The translations under genes were made by a program, and so were the position numbers. From Terriglobia bacterium (GTDB lineage Bacteria; Acidobacteriota; Terriglobia; 20CM-2-55-15), in the NCBI GenBank assembly GCA_965198225.1, contig CBDAOY010000006.1, forward strand, positions 320,001 through 384,000: a DNA stretch of 64,000 bases, read 5' to 3'. Positions 1 to 10,740 of the stretch are shown piece after piece. Position 1 is the first letter of the stretch, and the number at the start of each line of letters is the position of its first letter. The notes beneath the pieces were generated by a model. It was given only the letters and a program-made list of their open reading frames with translations. It was not told the origin of the DNA and made no database searches.

Positions 1-293
1 TCCCTCAGCGTGTCGCCTTCGACAAGTTCAAGGACAAGGAACCGGGTGCCGTTGTCTTCTTCCAACCCGTAGATTGCTGCGATGTTCGGATGGTTCAACG
101 ACGCCAGCAGCTTCGCTTCACGCTCGAACCTCGCGAGGCGCTCTTCGGCTTTGGCGAACTCTTCAGGGAGAGTCTTGATCGCGACTTCGCGTCCCAGTTT
201 GGAGTCGCGGGCACGCCACACTTCGCCCATGCCGCCCTTGCCGAGGGGAGAAACGACTTCATAGTGTGCGAGCTTGGAGCCGGGTTGAATCAC
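1..293 (-). CDS. Ser/Thr protein kinase, N-terminal part (runs off window edge)
   Basis: Manual translation from GTG at 293: MIQPGSKLAHYEVVSPLGKGGMGEVWRARDSKLGREVAIK...RFEREAKLLASLNHPNIAAIYG; Gly-rich loop and VAIK lysine. Confidence 0.92.
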   Translation of the reverse strand, partial: MIQPGSKLAHYEVVSPLGKGGMGEVWRARDSKLGREVAIKTLPEEFAKAEERLARFEREAKLLASLNHPNIAAIYGLEEDNGTRFLVLELVEGDTLR

Positions 294-581
294 CCGTAAA
301 TAAGACTACAGGAAGGAGTTGGGGTCAATCAGAAGGTCACATGCTTGAAAACCGCGTATCCGTACATGTGACAGTCGGCAAATCGATACGGTAGTGACTG
401 TCTACGAGTACGGGTGGTTCAACTTCCGACAAGAGGATTTATCAGGACTTGAGAATGGATTTCAAGGCTGTTGAGGCCACAGAACGCCGTCTCGGCAGCG
501 GCACTCTTTCAGTTCCAGGCGGCGCTCGTCCCCTCCAAGTTTTTATTGTGTTACCGTCGCGCTGACTATATGAAGAAGCCA

Positions 582-1754
582 ATGACAACGAGATCCGGTC
601 GGCAATTCCTGCAGATTCCTGGCCCTAGCAATGTGCCCGACCGCGTGTTGCGGGCCATTAATCGGCCCACAATCGATCATCGCGGTCCGGAGTTCCGAGA
701 GCTGACCGAACGGCTCCTGTCCGGGCTGAAGCAGGTTTTTAACTGCGCGGGTCCGGTGATTATTTTTCCTTCGTCGGGATCGGGCTGCTGGGAAGCCGCC
801 CTGGTGAATACGCTCTCCCCCGGCGACACCCTGTTGATGGTGGAGACGGGACAGTTCGCAGTGCTCTGGCGCGACATCGCCATGAAACTCGGGCTCGATG
901 TGGAGTTCATTCCCGGAGATTGGCGGCATGGGGTGGACCCCAAGACCATCGAGGCGAGGCTATCGGCGGATAGCGATAGAGTGATCAAAGCCGTTGCCGT
1001 CGTCCACAACGAGACGTCCACCGGAGTCACCAGTAATATCGCCCAGGTCCGAAAAGCCATGGATTCGGCAGCTCATCCTGCTCTGCTTCTGGTGGACGTG
1101 ATCTCTTCGCTCGGTTCGACCGACTACCAACAGGACGCGTGGGGCGTGGACGTAACCGTTGGAGGGTCCCAGAAAGGTCTCATGCTGCCTCCGGGTCTCG
1201 GCTTCAACGCGGTAAGTGACAAGGCGCTTGACGCTGCCAACGACGCAACCCTGTCGAGGTCATACTGGGACTGGAGCGCGGTCGTCGAGGCGAACAAGAC
1301 CGGTTTCTTTCCTTATACGCCGGCCACCAATCTGCTCTTCGGTCTCGATGAAGCACTGACCATGCTTTTCGAGGAGGGGCTCGAAAACGTGTTCTCCCGC
1401 CACGCGAGGCTCGCCGAAGCTACGCGTAAAGCCGTTGCTGCCTGGGGCCTGGAGAATCTCAGCCTGGACCCGAACGAGCACTCCAACAGCTTGACGGCTG
1501 TGCTCATGCCGGAAGGTCACGACGCTGATGCGTTCCGCAAGGTGATCCTGGAGCGTTTCGATATGACATTGGGCACGGGCCTGGGCAAAGTGAAGGGCAG
1601 GGTCTTTCGCATCGGTCACCTGGGCTGGCTCAACGAGCTGATGCTAGCGGGTACGCTCTGCGGTGTGGAGATGGGCCTCAAGCTCGCGGGAGTACCGTTC
1701 AAACCTGGCGGCGCGCAAACGGCGCTTGACTGGTTGGCCGAACAAAGCGAGTAG
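582..1754 (+). CDS. Serine/alanine-glyoxylate aminotransferase (class V PLP)
   Basis: LQIPGPS, DHRGPEF, VHNETSTGV, GSQKGLMLPPG, FRIGHLG motifs; start may be 570 or 582. Confidence 0.92.
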   Translation: MTTRSGRQFLQIPGPSNVPDRVLRAINRPTIDHRGPEFRELTERLLSGLKQVFNCAGPVIIFPSSGSGCWEAALVNTLSPGDTLLMVETGQFAVLWRDIAMKLGLDVEFIPGDWRHGVDPKTIEARLSADSDRVIKAVAVVHNETSTGVTSNIAQVRKAMDSAAHPALLLVDVISSLGSTDYQQDAWGVDVTVGGSQKGLMLPPGLGFNAVSDKALDAANDATLSRSYWDWSAVVEANKTGFFPYTPATNLLFGLDEALTMLFEEGLENVFSRHARLAEATRKAVAAWGLENLSLDPNEHSNSLTAVLMPEGHDADAFRKVILERFDMTLGTGLGKVKGRVFRIGHLGWLNELMLAGTLCGVEMGLKLAGVPFKPGGAQTALDWLAEQSE

Positions 1755-1790
1755 GGGGCATCATCGTGGACCCTTCCACGGTGGTGCCAA

Positions 1791-3710
1791 CTAGTATGCG
1801 ATCGCGTAGCAGTAGCGGCGCGGATCGGCAGCCGCCAGGCGATTCTGCGTCAGCGGATCGATCATCACGGCCGTCGCACACCCGGACATTCCGAAAGAAC
1901 GCAGTCGGCTCACCTCGTGCCCGCGGGCTTGCAATTCGTCATAAACGCTATCCGGGATCGGCGCCTCGATGTTCAGCCTGTTGAAGCCGGACGAGTGCGG
2001 CCAGAAAGATCCGTACAGATGCTGGGTCTGCGCTCGCGGACGCTCGATGGCAGCGTGCAGATTCGGATACCAATCGTCCCAAAACTCAACGATGCTGAGA
2101 AAAGTCTGGAGAATCGTCTGTTCCTGGTTGTCACCGCCCGGCGTTCCCAGGCCCATCATCGGCACATCACCCTTGAAAACCAGACTCGGCGTCAACGTGT
2201 ACCTCGGCCGTGCGCGGGGGCGGATCTGGTTGGCGCGAGTAGTGTCCAGCCAGAACTGCTCGCCTCGGACGCTCATGCCAATTCCAGTCTCTCCGAGAAC
2301 GACTGCGCCGCCAATCCAGCCGCCACTGGGCGTTGCGTCGAAGATGTTCCCCTCCTTGTCGATGATCGCCATGTGTGTCGTGTCCTTCATGACGCCGGCA
2401 GAATCCTGGCCGAACGAGGTCGGTGCGTCCGGAAAGGAGGATTCCAGCGCGGCCCGGTCCCCCGAGGCATCCTCAATTTCGGCTTTCCAATAGTTCCACT
2501 CCTTGACGCTCGAATCGTACGGCAGTGGATCTCCGGCGACAAAGGACCTGGAGGCGTGTAGCGGATCGATGAGTTTCGCGCGCTCTCTGGCGTATTCTTT
2601 TGACAGCAACCCTTCGGCCGGCACGGTCACGAATGCAGGATCCGCATAGTACGTGTCTCGGTCTGCGTACGCCAGCTTCATCGCCTCGACCACGGTGTGG
2701 ATGTAATCTGCACTTGCGTATCCCATCGCATTCAAGTCGAAGTTTTCGAGGATGTTGAGCGCCTGGAGAAGAGCGGGGCCCTGACTGCCAAAACCGTGTT
2801 TGTATATCGTGTAGTCGCGATACGTCGTCTTGGCGGGCTCCTCGATTCTTGCAAAGAACTCGGCAAAATCGGGATACGTGAACGGCGCTCCGTTACTCTC
2901 CAGGAACGCAACCATCTCGCGCGCGATGTCACCCTTGTAGAAGCGATCGCGCGCGGCGACGATACCGGCTTCGCGTCCTCTGGATTTCGCCCCACGCTCC
3001 GCTTCGACCATTCGCTTGAGTGTTCTGGCCAGCGTAGGCAGCTTGATTGTCTCACCGGCCTCGTAGAGAGACCCGTCGGATTTCAACCAGTACTTCTGGT
3101 TGTCCGGCCAGCCCTCGAAGAATTGAAGCTGGTTCCGAATTGCCCGCGCGGTGCTCGGGCGGAGCGGAAAACCCTTCTCCGCGTACTCGATCGCCGTGGC
3201 AGCGACCTCTTCGAAGCTCATCGTTCCCCAGAGCTCGAGCACCGTGAGCGCCGCATGGACCGCTCCCGGGACGACGGCAGGATCGAGCCCTTCACCTTCG
3301 AGCGTTTTGTTCCTCGATCGGTACCAATCCACGCTTACCGCGCCCGGCGCCCAACCCTGGCCGACCACCGAAGTGACTTTTCCTTCCGTCGTCGGGTAGA
3401 CCAGAACCAGTGCTTCGCCTCCGAGACTGTAGAGATCCTGTTCGAGCACCCCACCCGCGAGCAAGGATGCGGCGCCGGCGTCAAAAGCATTTCCGCCTTT
3501 GAGGAGAATGCCAAAGGCTGCAGCCGTCGTCAGCGGGTGCCCGGTGGATACGCCGCCGGACGGGCCCATCACGGCAGGTCGAAGCGCAGATCCCGCGGGT
3601 TGCCGATCCTGGACGGGCACCTGTCGGGCCTCGACGAAAACTCCCGTCAGCCCTAACGCTAAACCGGCAATTGTCAACGCCGTCACGAAAGCACGCAGTT
3701 CACGTGGCAT
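1791..3710 (-). CDS. ggt: Gamma-glutamyltransferase family protein, secreted
   Basis: GGNAFDA, EAMKLAYADRD, DTTH nucleophile Thr, GTPGGD; AGGAGG RBS before ATG 3710; signal peptide. Confidence 0.9.
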   Translation of the reverse strand: MPRELRAFVTALTIAGLALGLTGVFVEARQVPVQDRQPAGSALRPAVMGPSGGVSTGHPLTTAAAFGILLKGGNAFDAGAASLLAGGVLEQDLYSLGGEALVLVYPTTEGKVTSVVGQGWAPGAVSVDWYRSRNKTLEGEGLDPAVVPGAVHAALTVLELWGTMSFEEVAATAIEYAEKGFPLRPSTARAIRNQLQFFEGWPDNQKYWLKSDGSLYEAGETIKLPTLARTLKRMVEAERGAKSRGREAGIVAARDRFYKGDIAREMVAFLESNGAPFTYPDFAEFFARIEEPAKTTYRDYTIYKHGFGSQGPALLQALNILENFDLNAMGYASADYIHTVVEAMKLAYADRDTYYADPAFVTVPAEGLLSKEYARERAKLIDPLHASRSFVAGDPLPYDSSVKEWNYWKAEIEDASGDRAALESSFPDAPTSFGQDSAGVMKDTTHMAIIDKEGNIFDATPSGGWIGGAVVLGETGIGMSVRGEQFWLDTTRANQIRPRARPRYTLTPSLVFKGDVPMMGLGTPGGDNQEQTILQTFLSIVEFWDDWYPNLHAAIERPRAQTQHLYGSFWPHSSGFNRLNIEAPIPDSVYDELQARGHEVSRLRSFGMSGCATAVMIDPLTQNRLAAADPRRYCYAIAY

Positions 3711-3756
3711 TGGGCCTCCTTTACGGACGAATCCTACCACTTCTGTCTTTCAAGCG

Positions 3757-3948
3757 TTAGAGGTCCAGATTCTTCTTCACAAGCTTATTGAACTGCCCCT
3801 TTGACAAGAAGACTCTGTGATGAAAAGGCTGCTCCGGGTCTTGGAGTGCCAAGTGATGTCGGTTGCCATAATCCCAAGCAAGAACTTTTCTTGTTCGCAA
3901 GTCCAAGTCGATAAAGTATCTCGTATCCTTGTCCTCTTTCTTGGTCAT
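3757..3948 (-). CDS. Small hypothetical protein
   Basis: 63-aa ORF with GGGA RBS, co-oriented with neighbours. Confidence 0.55.
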   Translation of the reverse strand: MTKKEDKDTRYFIDLDLRTRKVLAWDYGNRHHLALQDPEQPFHHRVFLSKGQFNKLVKKNLDL

Positions 3949-4241
3949 GGCGGTCCCTGCGTAGATCGTCGGTTTTCTGTCGCCCCGGCAGGCTGCTTAA
4001 AAAGTCACTCAGGGCTTAGAAATGGAAGACTCCTCTGTGGTTCGGCTTCCTGTGCCCGCCAGGATCGGAGTGATGGCGACTTCACCTCACTTAGTCCAGA
4101 CACTGAACGATCGGTAAACGAGAACCCCGAACCGGCTGGGCCAATTCCGCTTGACGGCGGAGGGTCTCCAGATCTTCGGCGATGGCAGCATCCACCGTCT
4201 CATCAGACACGGCACTTGCGGCCTGAAACGATAGGAAGAAC

Positions 4242-5501
4242 TCACTGAGAATACTCCCGAACCAGCAACTCGACCATCGCCTCGGCCCGGTCCGGGTCGA
4301 GCTGGTCGATCCGAGCGTGAATGTCCTCCAGGATCGCACGGGCCTCCTCGGAGTTGGACAGTTCCCGAGTGAGCGCGTCCACCTTGAATGCGTGGTGAAT
4401 ACCCACAGCGCCCTCCGCGAACAACAGGACGGCTACAGGCACGGGAGCGACCTCGGCAAGCACGGGCAGCGCCAGTCGCAGCAGAGTCCGCGCATGGCGT
4501 GGGTCCCGATGCTTGTTGGCAGCCACGTCCTGTCGGATTCGATCCAGCCGTTCGTCTGCCACGAACAAATCCTCACCCTGAATCTCGCGCAACCGGTTCA
4601 TTGCCAGGGTGCGATGGTCGCGACCCGCGCGGGTGAATCCGGAACCCTCGTCCTCGATGATGAAACCATGACGTTGGCGGGTGATCCGGTACGTGGACGG
4701 GTCGTCACCGAGGCCGTGATAGGTGGGCGTGTGATCGCCGCCTCGAGTGTCGACAGCATAAAACCCGGTGACGATCTCGGTGTCCCGTGCTGCGCGATTG
4801 AGCGTTACGCATGACACGATCAGCCAATAGGTTGGAGTCGAGGGCAGAAAGTCCTGAATATCGAGGATCGCCTTTCGGGCCTGAAGGCGCGAGGAAACCA
4901 GCGCCGCAGTCAGCATCCGCGTTGCCGGATCAACTTTCGAATCGTCGCGAAGAATCGACTCCCTGTCGAGGCCTTCCGAACCCAGTAATTCACGCGTTCT
5001 CTCTGCGAAGGGCAGGGTTGAACCCTCGAGCAAAGCGTGGAGGGCACCGCAACAGGGAGACTCCGAGTCGTAGCGGCGAAGGACTCCAAGACGCACTTCC
5101 GGGATTTCCCCCGGCGTGGCGGGGTCGGTGGGAAGCTGGACACCGACATGACTGTTGATCTTGACGACGATCAGCTTGAACCCGCCCGGCGCCACATAGT
5201 GCTCTTCGGCGATCCGGGCAGCTCCCCATTCGTATTGCCCTCCCAGATTCGCCAGCCGCATGGGTTCCCGGTGTGCGAACTTCAGCGGCGGCAGCAGATA
5301 GTGCGCGAAGCCTTTACGGAATGCTTCGACGCATTCCATCTCGCTCTCGTCGGCGCAGGTAACGTGAACCGCCCCGACGGCGCCCGGGCGCAGACTGTCT
5401 GCAAAGAAATGCAGCGCCTGCGTCACCTCGTTGAGCGACCGCTCCTTTCCGACCATCCCCGACAGTCCTGCAAGGTTCTCGTTTAGCACTGTCTCATTCA
5501 C
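4242..5501 (-). CDS. Hypothetical protein with LCIB/theta-carbonic-anhydrase-like Zn-site motifs
   Basis: 419-aa ORF; CADE, LANLGG, INSHVG, LGVLRR..SPCCGAL in LCIB-like order. Confidence 0.55.
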   Translation of the reverse strand: MNETVLNENLAGLSGMVGKERSLNEVTQALHFFADSLRPGAVGAVHVTCADESEMECVEAFRKGFAHYLLPPLKFAHREPMRLANLGGQYEWGAARIAEEHYVAPGGFKLIVVKINSHVGVQLPTDPATPGEIPEVRLGVLRRYDSESPCCGALHALLEGSTLPFAERTRELLGSEGLDRESILRDDSKVDPATRMLTAALVSSRLQARKAILDIQDFLPSTPTYWLIVSCVTLNRAARDTEIVTGFYAVDTRGGDHTPTYHGLGDDPSTYRITRQRHGFIIEDEGSGFTRAGRDHRTLAMNRLREIQGEDLFVADERLDRIRQDVAANKHRDPRHARTLLRLALPVLAEVAPVPVAVLLFAEGAVGIHHAFKVDALTRELSNSEEARAILEDIHARIDQLDPDRAEAMVELLVREYSQ

Positions 5502-5701
5502 GTTGGCTTCCCGGTGGTGTCACTCTGGTCCGCTGGGCAAGGTAGATACGTCATTTGTCCCTGGGAGGTTCGGCGAGAAAGGTCGTGTCCGGCCGGTTAG
5601 ACGCAGGAATCGAGACGCCACGGCGTTTCTCGGACTGAATCCCTTCGCACTTTCACCAACACCGCTTGAGAAAACCCTCGAGGAAGGGCCGCACGCCGGT
5701 G

Positions 5702-7339
5702 CTACTCGATGCGATCGAAGCGCATGTCGTACACACGGCCCAGGCTGAGCGACAGCATCGTGACCCGACCTCCACCCTCGCGACGGAAACGCACGATGTT
5801 GCCGCCCATGCGAAACGCGTCGCGGTAGATCGGTGCCAGCGAGTTTGTCTGGCTGGGGCGTTGCCATATGGCGAGTTCGCCGGCTTCCGAGCGGACCACG
5901 TAGGTCGTCTCCGCGTCTTCGCTGCGGTAAGTTCCGGTGAACGCCTCCAACTCCGCTGCCTTCGGTTCCCACGGCTCCACCGGATCCAGGCGATGATCCG
6001 AGTACTGCCAGTCTTCGATCCGAAAACTGCTCCTGCCGGCGTCATCGAAGACGTAACGCCTACCGTTGGCCCCAATCGCGAATTCGCGGTCCGACAGCGG
6101 AATCAGCCGGGCATTCCCGTCGCGGAGTTCGCCTTCGACGAAACGAAGCTCCTGCGGGTTTCCGGTGACGGGGTCCCTGTACAATCCCGCGAATTTCTCC
6201 AGCGCGGTGGCAGACATGTCGACTCCCATCGGAAGCTCGGCGTCGGAGGCTTCCCCACCCAGGAAGACGCGCGCGATGCGGCCCCCGGTTCCGCCTGTCG
6301 ACACGTTCGACGCATTGCAGAGCATCGCCACCGACAGGTCTTGATCGGGGAAGCGTCCGAGATAAGCGCGGTAGCCGGCGGTCGATCCCGTGTGGGTGAT
6401 CGACGGAACTCCGGCGAACTTCTGGATCCGCAACCCTGAGGCGTAGACGATCTCGGAGCCGTCGTTCAGACGGCCCTGATCGTGCATCATTCGGACAAAT
6501 TTTTCGCCACCCAACCGCCCGTTCGTGAGGGCCTGATTCCATATTCCCAGGTCGCCGACCGTCGTCAGAATGCCGCCGTTGCCGTGTACGTACTCGATGG
6601 GGCGATTGATCTCCCAGGTGTCGTCAGGCCGCGCGGCATACGCGCTACTCCTGCCGGCAACGATACGTTTGTAGTCGTCGCGCCACTGTGTGTTCCGCAG
6701 GCCGAGCGGCTCGAAGATTCGCTCTTTCGAAAACTCGGCGAACGCAGTGCCGCTGACCCGGCCGACGATGATCGCCAGCAGGTTGAAGCCGGAGTTGCTG
6801 TAGGAATACTCGTGCCCCGGCTCGAAGTTGAGCGCGGTCTGCCGGCTCAGGATGTCCACGACATCGTCATGGTCGTGGCTGCGCTCGCCGCGTCCCCAAC
6901 CGGAGATCCCGGCGACGCTGCCCCAATCGCGAAGGCCGCTCGTGTGGTTCATCAAGTGGCGAAGCGTAATCGTGGCTCCGTAGTCGGGCAGCTCCGGAAC
7001 GTATTTGTGGACGTCATCGTCCAGGGCAAGCTTTCCGTCGAGTGCGAGCAGCACGACGGCCGCGGCCGTGAACTGCTTCGAAAGCGATCCGCCCTCGAAG
7101 ATCGTGTCGGATGTGTTCCCTATTCCGTGCTCGAGATCGGCCATCCCGTAGGCACGCTCCAGAACGGTCAGGCCGCCATCGGTGACCCCGACCGCGCAAC
7201 CCGGAGAGCTGACCGAGTCCCATCGCTCGAAGATCTCGTCCACGCGCTGGCCGGCATCGGCCGGAACCTGTGCGTGGGCCGCCATAGAGACAACTGCCGA
7301 TACAAGAGCGGCAGCCACAACGAACCGTCGCATGTTCAT
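5702..7339 (-). CDS. Serine hydrolase, beta-lactamase class C-like, secreted
   Basis: SLSK (SxxK), HTSG, YSN, HTG motifs; signal peptide; GAGGAG RBS. Confidence 0.92.
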   Translation of the reverse strand: MNMRRFVVAAALVSAVVSMAAHAQVPADAGQRVDEIFERWDSVSSPGCAVGVTDGGLTVLERAYGMADLEHGIGNTSDTIFEGGSLSKQFTAAAVVLLALDGKLALDDDVHKYVPELPDYGATITLRHLMNHTSGLRDWGSVAGISGWGRGERSHDHDDVVDILSRQTALNFEPGHEYSYSNSGFNLLAIIVGRVSGTAFAEFSKERIFEPLGLRNTQWRDDYKRIVAGRSSAYAARPDDTWEINRPIEYVHGNGGILTTVGDLGIWNQALTNGRLGGEKFVRMMHDQGRLNDGSEIVYASGLRIQKFAGVPSITHTGSTAGYRAYLGRFPDQDLSVAMLCNASNVSTGGTGGRIARVFLGGEASDAELPMGVDMSATALEKFAGLYRDPVTGNPQELRFVEGELRDGNARLIPLSDREFAIGANGRRYVFDDAGRSSFRIEDWQYSDHRLDPVEPWEPKAAELEAFTGTYRSEDAETTYVVRSEAGELAIWQRPSQTNSLAPIYRDAFRMGGNIVRFRREGGGRVTMLSLSLGRVYDMRFDRIE

Positions 7340-7858
7340 CAGTCCCTCCTCAAGAGCCGTCTGAAATAAAACTACGGATGGGACCTCACGTCAATCAGGA
7401 AGGCACTTGGTCGTATTACCGCAGCTACAGAAGAGTGCAATCCTCGAAGCCAGGGGGTGACGACCACGATCCACCTTACCGGCACGACTTTACGGCCACG
7501 TGGCTTCGTCCCGATCACGGGCCAGGGCCAGGGACCGATTTCATGGACATAGATGGTCCGATCGGTCAGCATAGCGCTCAGCCCATTCGTTGATGAAAGG
7601 GCCAATCGCCAGCGAAGCCGAGCTTCCTGAACCTGCAGATTCTGGAGAAACAGGCCTATGGCTCGTCGAAAATAGCGCGCAGGATGTTCCATAGCGCCCA
7701 GCCGCCCCGGGACCAGTGAGGAACGTTAGTAGATCTGGACTCATGTGCGGGGAGGCACGAGATTTGGGAGTAGTAAGCAAAAGATCTCGAATCAGGCAAG
7801 GACGCTAAAAGGTACGTTGAACTATCACCGAAATGACCCAATCCCCGGAGGTTTCCCC

Positions 7859-9271
7859 ATGCGTCGGATCGTGAGCACCCATATGGCAGTTTTCTTTGTT
7901 GTCCTCGGGACCGCGGTTCCGTCCTGGAGCCAGCAACCCGAGGAGATCGTCATTCGCGACGGCACGGTCGTGACCTCGGAAGGCCGTTACGACGCCGACG
8001 TGCGCACCCGCGGCGGCATCATCGTCGACATCGGCGAAAACCTGGAAGCGGGGGCCGGCGTCCGGGAACTGGATGCCACGGGCCTGCTTGTCATTCCCGG
8101 CGGCATCGATCCCCACGTGCACGTGCGCGACAACTCCGTCGACACCTATGAAAGCGGCTCTCGGTCTGCCCTGGCGGGCGGCTTGACGACGATCTCGAGC
8201 TTCCCGTTCCAACAGGCGCCGGTCCTTACCGGAGGGTTCCCCCCGGTGCGGAAGACCCTTGCCAGAGCCATCGAAGGCGAGGTCCCGTCGATCCGCCGGG
8301 ACGCGATCGCGGACTTCATGCTCCATCCGGTTATCGACGACCCGGACGCCCAGCAGCACGAGCTGGCTACCTTGAGCGCCGACACCGGCCAGACCACCAT
8401 CAAGGTCTTCATGGCCGGTCCCGATTTCGATGACAACGTCCGCGGCTACCTGGCGGTACTGGACGCGGCACGGGAGGCCGGCATTCTGACGATGTTTCAC
8501 TGCGAGGATGGGCCCATCGTAGAACGCGCCGTCGAGGAGCTGGCCGCTGCGGGTCGGACTGCGTTCCGGCACTTTGCGGACAGCAGACCGGCGCTCGCTG
8601 AGGTCGTCGCCACCCAGCGGGCCATGGCCATGGTCGAGGCGACCGGAGCACCGATGTACATCGTGCACCTTTCGGCGGAGGGGGCGCTGCGGGTCGCCCA
8701 ACAGGCACAGGCTCGGGGTCTGCCGGTGTTTGTCGAGACCCGGGCCATCTATCTGCACTTCACCCGGGAGAGTCTGGACCGTCCCGATCGCGAGCGCTTT
8801 CGCACCATGCCGCCGCTCCGGACCGCACGCGATCAGGACGCCCTCTGGACGGGAATCGCCAACGGGTCCATCCACGTGGTGGCCACCGACCACGGCAGCA
8901 TCGACAACCTGCAGATGATGCGTCCGATGTTGTTTTCCGATGGCGTCGTCACCGGCCGGATCTCGGCGGAGCGGTTCGTTGCGGTGACCGCGACCAACCC
9001 TGCCCGCCTGATGGGCCTCTATCCCCGCAAGGGGACCATCGCCGTCGGCTCGGACGCCGACATCGTGCTCTGGGATCCCGACGCGGTTCGGACGGTCCGG
9101 GACGAGGACATGTTCTCGAACAGGGGCTACTCGATCTATGCGGGCAGAGAAGTCACGGGTTGGCCCGTCGTGACGATCCGTCGGGGTGAGATCGTGTATG
9201 AGAACGGCGAATTTCGCGCCACGGCGGGAAGCGGACAACTGCTGCGGCGGAACCGATGGCAGGCTCCTTAG
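7859..9271 (+). CDS. Dihydropyrimidinase/hydantoinase-like amidohydrolase with signal peptide
   Basis: PGGIDPHVH, IKVFM, HCED, VHLS, TDH, TNPARLMGLYPRKGTIAVGSDAD; GGAGG RBS. Confidence 0.88.
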   Translation: MRRIVSTHMAVFFVVLGTAVPSWSQQPEEIVIRDGTVVTSEGRYDADVRTRGGIIVDIGENLEAGAGVRELDATGLLVIPGGIDPHVHVRDNSVDTYESGSRSALAGGLTTISSFPFQQAPVLTGGFPPVRKTLARAIEGEVPSIRRDAIADFMLHPVIDDPDAQQHELATLSADTGQTTIKVFMAGPDFDDNVRGYLAVLDAAREAGILTMFHCEDGPIVERAVEELAAAGRTAFRHFADSRPALAEVVATQRAMAMVEATGAPMYIVHLSAEGALRVAQQAQARGLPVFVETRAIYLHFTRESLDRPDRERFRTMPPLRTARDQDALWTGIANGSIHVVATDHGSIDNLQMMRPMLFSDGVVTGRISAERFVAVTATNPARLMGLYPRKGTIAVGSDADIVLWDPDAVRTVRDEDMFSNRGYSIYAGREVTGWPVVTIRRGEIVYENGEFRATAGSGQLLRRNRWQAP

Positions 9272-9417
9272 CAGCCGTGATCGAGACGAAAAATAGAGTC
9301 GTCACTCAGCGGGAATCCTTGAGGAAGTTGGTTCCAGCGGCTTGAGGCAACCGTTCCTTCAGTTCTTCAATCCCGTTCGAGACGACGGCGGAACACCCGT
9401 GCCAACGATGCATCTTT

Positions 9418-9580
9418 GTGGCCTGTAACAGAGATAGTGACAGCGTCGCCAATGGGTCTTGCGGGTCCTCTCCCGAGTCGTTGTAGATCGAAAGGCATCG
9501 CCTTCCTAGCTCCTCTGCGGGGCTGACAAGACCCACCCATCGTCCCTTCCGGTTGCCGCGGAACAGCACCGTTCCGTCGC
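9418..9580 (+). mobile_element. Truncated MITE-like element (GTGGCCTGTAAC end)
   Basis: Aligns with the left ~160 bp of the 18424-18692 element. Confidence 0.8.
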
Positions 9581-9824
9581 TGGCCCGCAGTTTGCTCAAC
9601 GTGTCGCGCGACTGATTCGTCGCCCAAATGTTGACCCCATCAAAGGGAGTGCGCACAGTTAGCGCCGCCGCACCTCGTCTTCCCGAGAAGACCAAGGAGA
9701 TTGTGCCGGGATGGGTACCGGGTTATATGTCTTGGGCAGGGGTGGCGGGACGGCGTTTCTTCTTCCTATCCGTGGAGATATTGATAGGTCGCTGTGGCCC
9801 CTTGAGAAACCTGATCGACTGCCT

Positions 9825-10260
9825 TTAGTCGGCGGTGACCTGCAGCTCGTAGAGGTTGTATACCAACACGCCAGTTTCAAGGTTGACTTGGCCGGCGCCA
9901 ATCGCTTGAACGCGGTTCAGCCACTTGTAACGGTCGTCGCCGGTCTGGAAGGTAGGGGCGGAAGCGATCAGTCCCGTAGCCATGTCGGCGCGTCCCCCAT
10001 ATTCAACGTAAATGATTGCTCCGTCGTCGGTTCTCAAGGTGAAACGGACGTCGAGAGAGCCAAGGGTTCCGTCCTCACTCATCGTTAGCCAGTCGGCAGC
10101 GTCGTTGGTTGCAAGAGTGGCATTTACGCGGTCGCTCTCGAGCTTGATCTCAGGTACATCGACCACGAGCCGCGTCCCCTTCGGACCCGCCCCGACTTCA
10201 ATCATATCCCCGAGCTGGGCGGTAATGGTGTCCCATTGGACTCAGTGTTGCTTTAGGCAT
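9825..10260 (-). pseudogene. DUF3237 family protein, +1 frameshift near N-terminus (or intact from ATG 10205)
   Basis: GPKGTR, ADWL, LDVRFTLRTDDGAIIYVEY, PTFQTGDDRYKWLN; RBS-preceded ATG 10260 is out of frame by one base near 10231. Confidence 0.7.
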
Positions 10261-10740
10261 AAATTTATCTCCACCTCTTTGTTTGTCGCCGACTGTTCAT
10301 TCGGCGCAGAATAAGTGTTTACTCGACTGTTGTATTTTGATCGGCGGCTAAAAGAGCCTTTAGCAGACTTCGTGGCCCAGCGGACGCACGTATAATATAT
10401 CGACTTTCCGTCATGATCTTCCGGCGGGATTCTATTTCGGGACGACGCTTATTTTTCCTATACTGGCGAACGCTGTGAACCATATTGATTCAATCGGAAC
10501 GCAAACAAACACGCGCCTACCCACCAGAGCGCAGGCTTCAGAACCCTTTAACTTTGGGGAGTGGTTTGTACCACTGACCTTCCCCAGAACTTAGGTCCGA
10601 CTCGAGCTGCGCCGCAAGGAAGCCGTCACTTCCATGACGATATTCGCGCTCCTTGTCATAGACTCAAGACAGGTAGTTAACAGCGTCCAGCTGACTGCAG
10701 CTTCCTGCACTGTTAGCCGGCGGACATGAAAAGGGTAAGG

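Noticed and set aside
10674-10720. attC-like site (TAAC...GTTAGCC) before the DUF2867-like gene
   Set aside because: Too short, weak internal pairing, single copy, and the integrase in the window lacks IntI features
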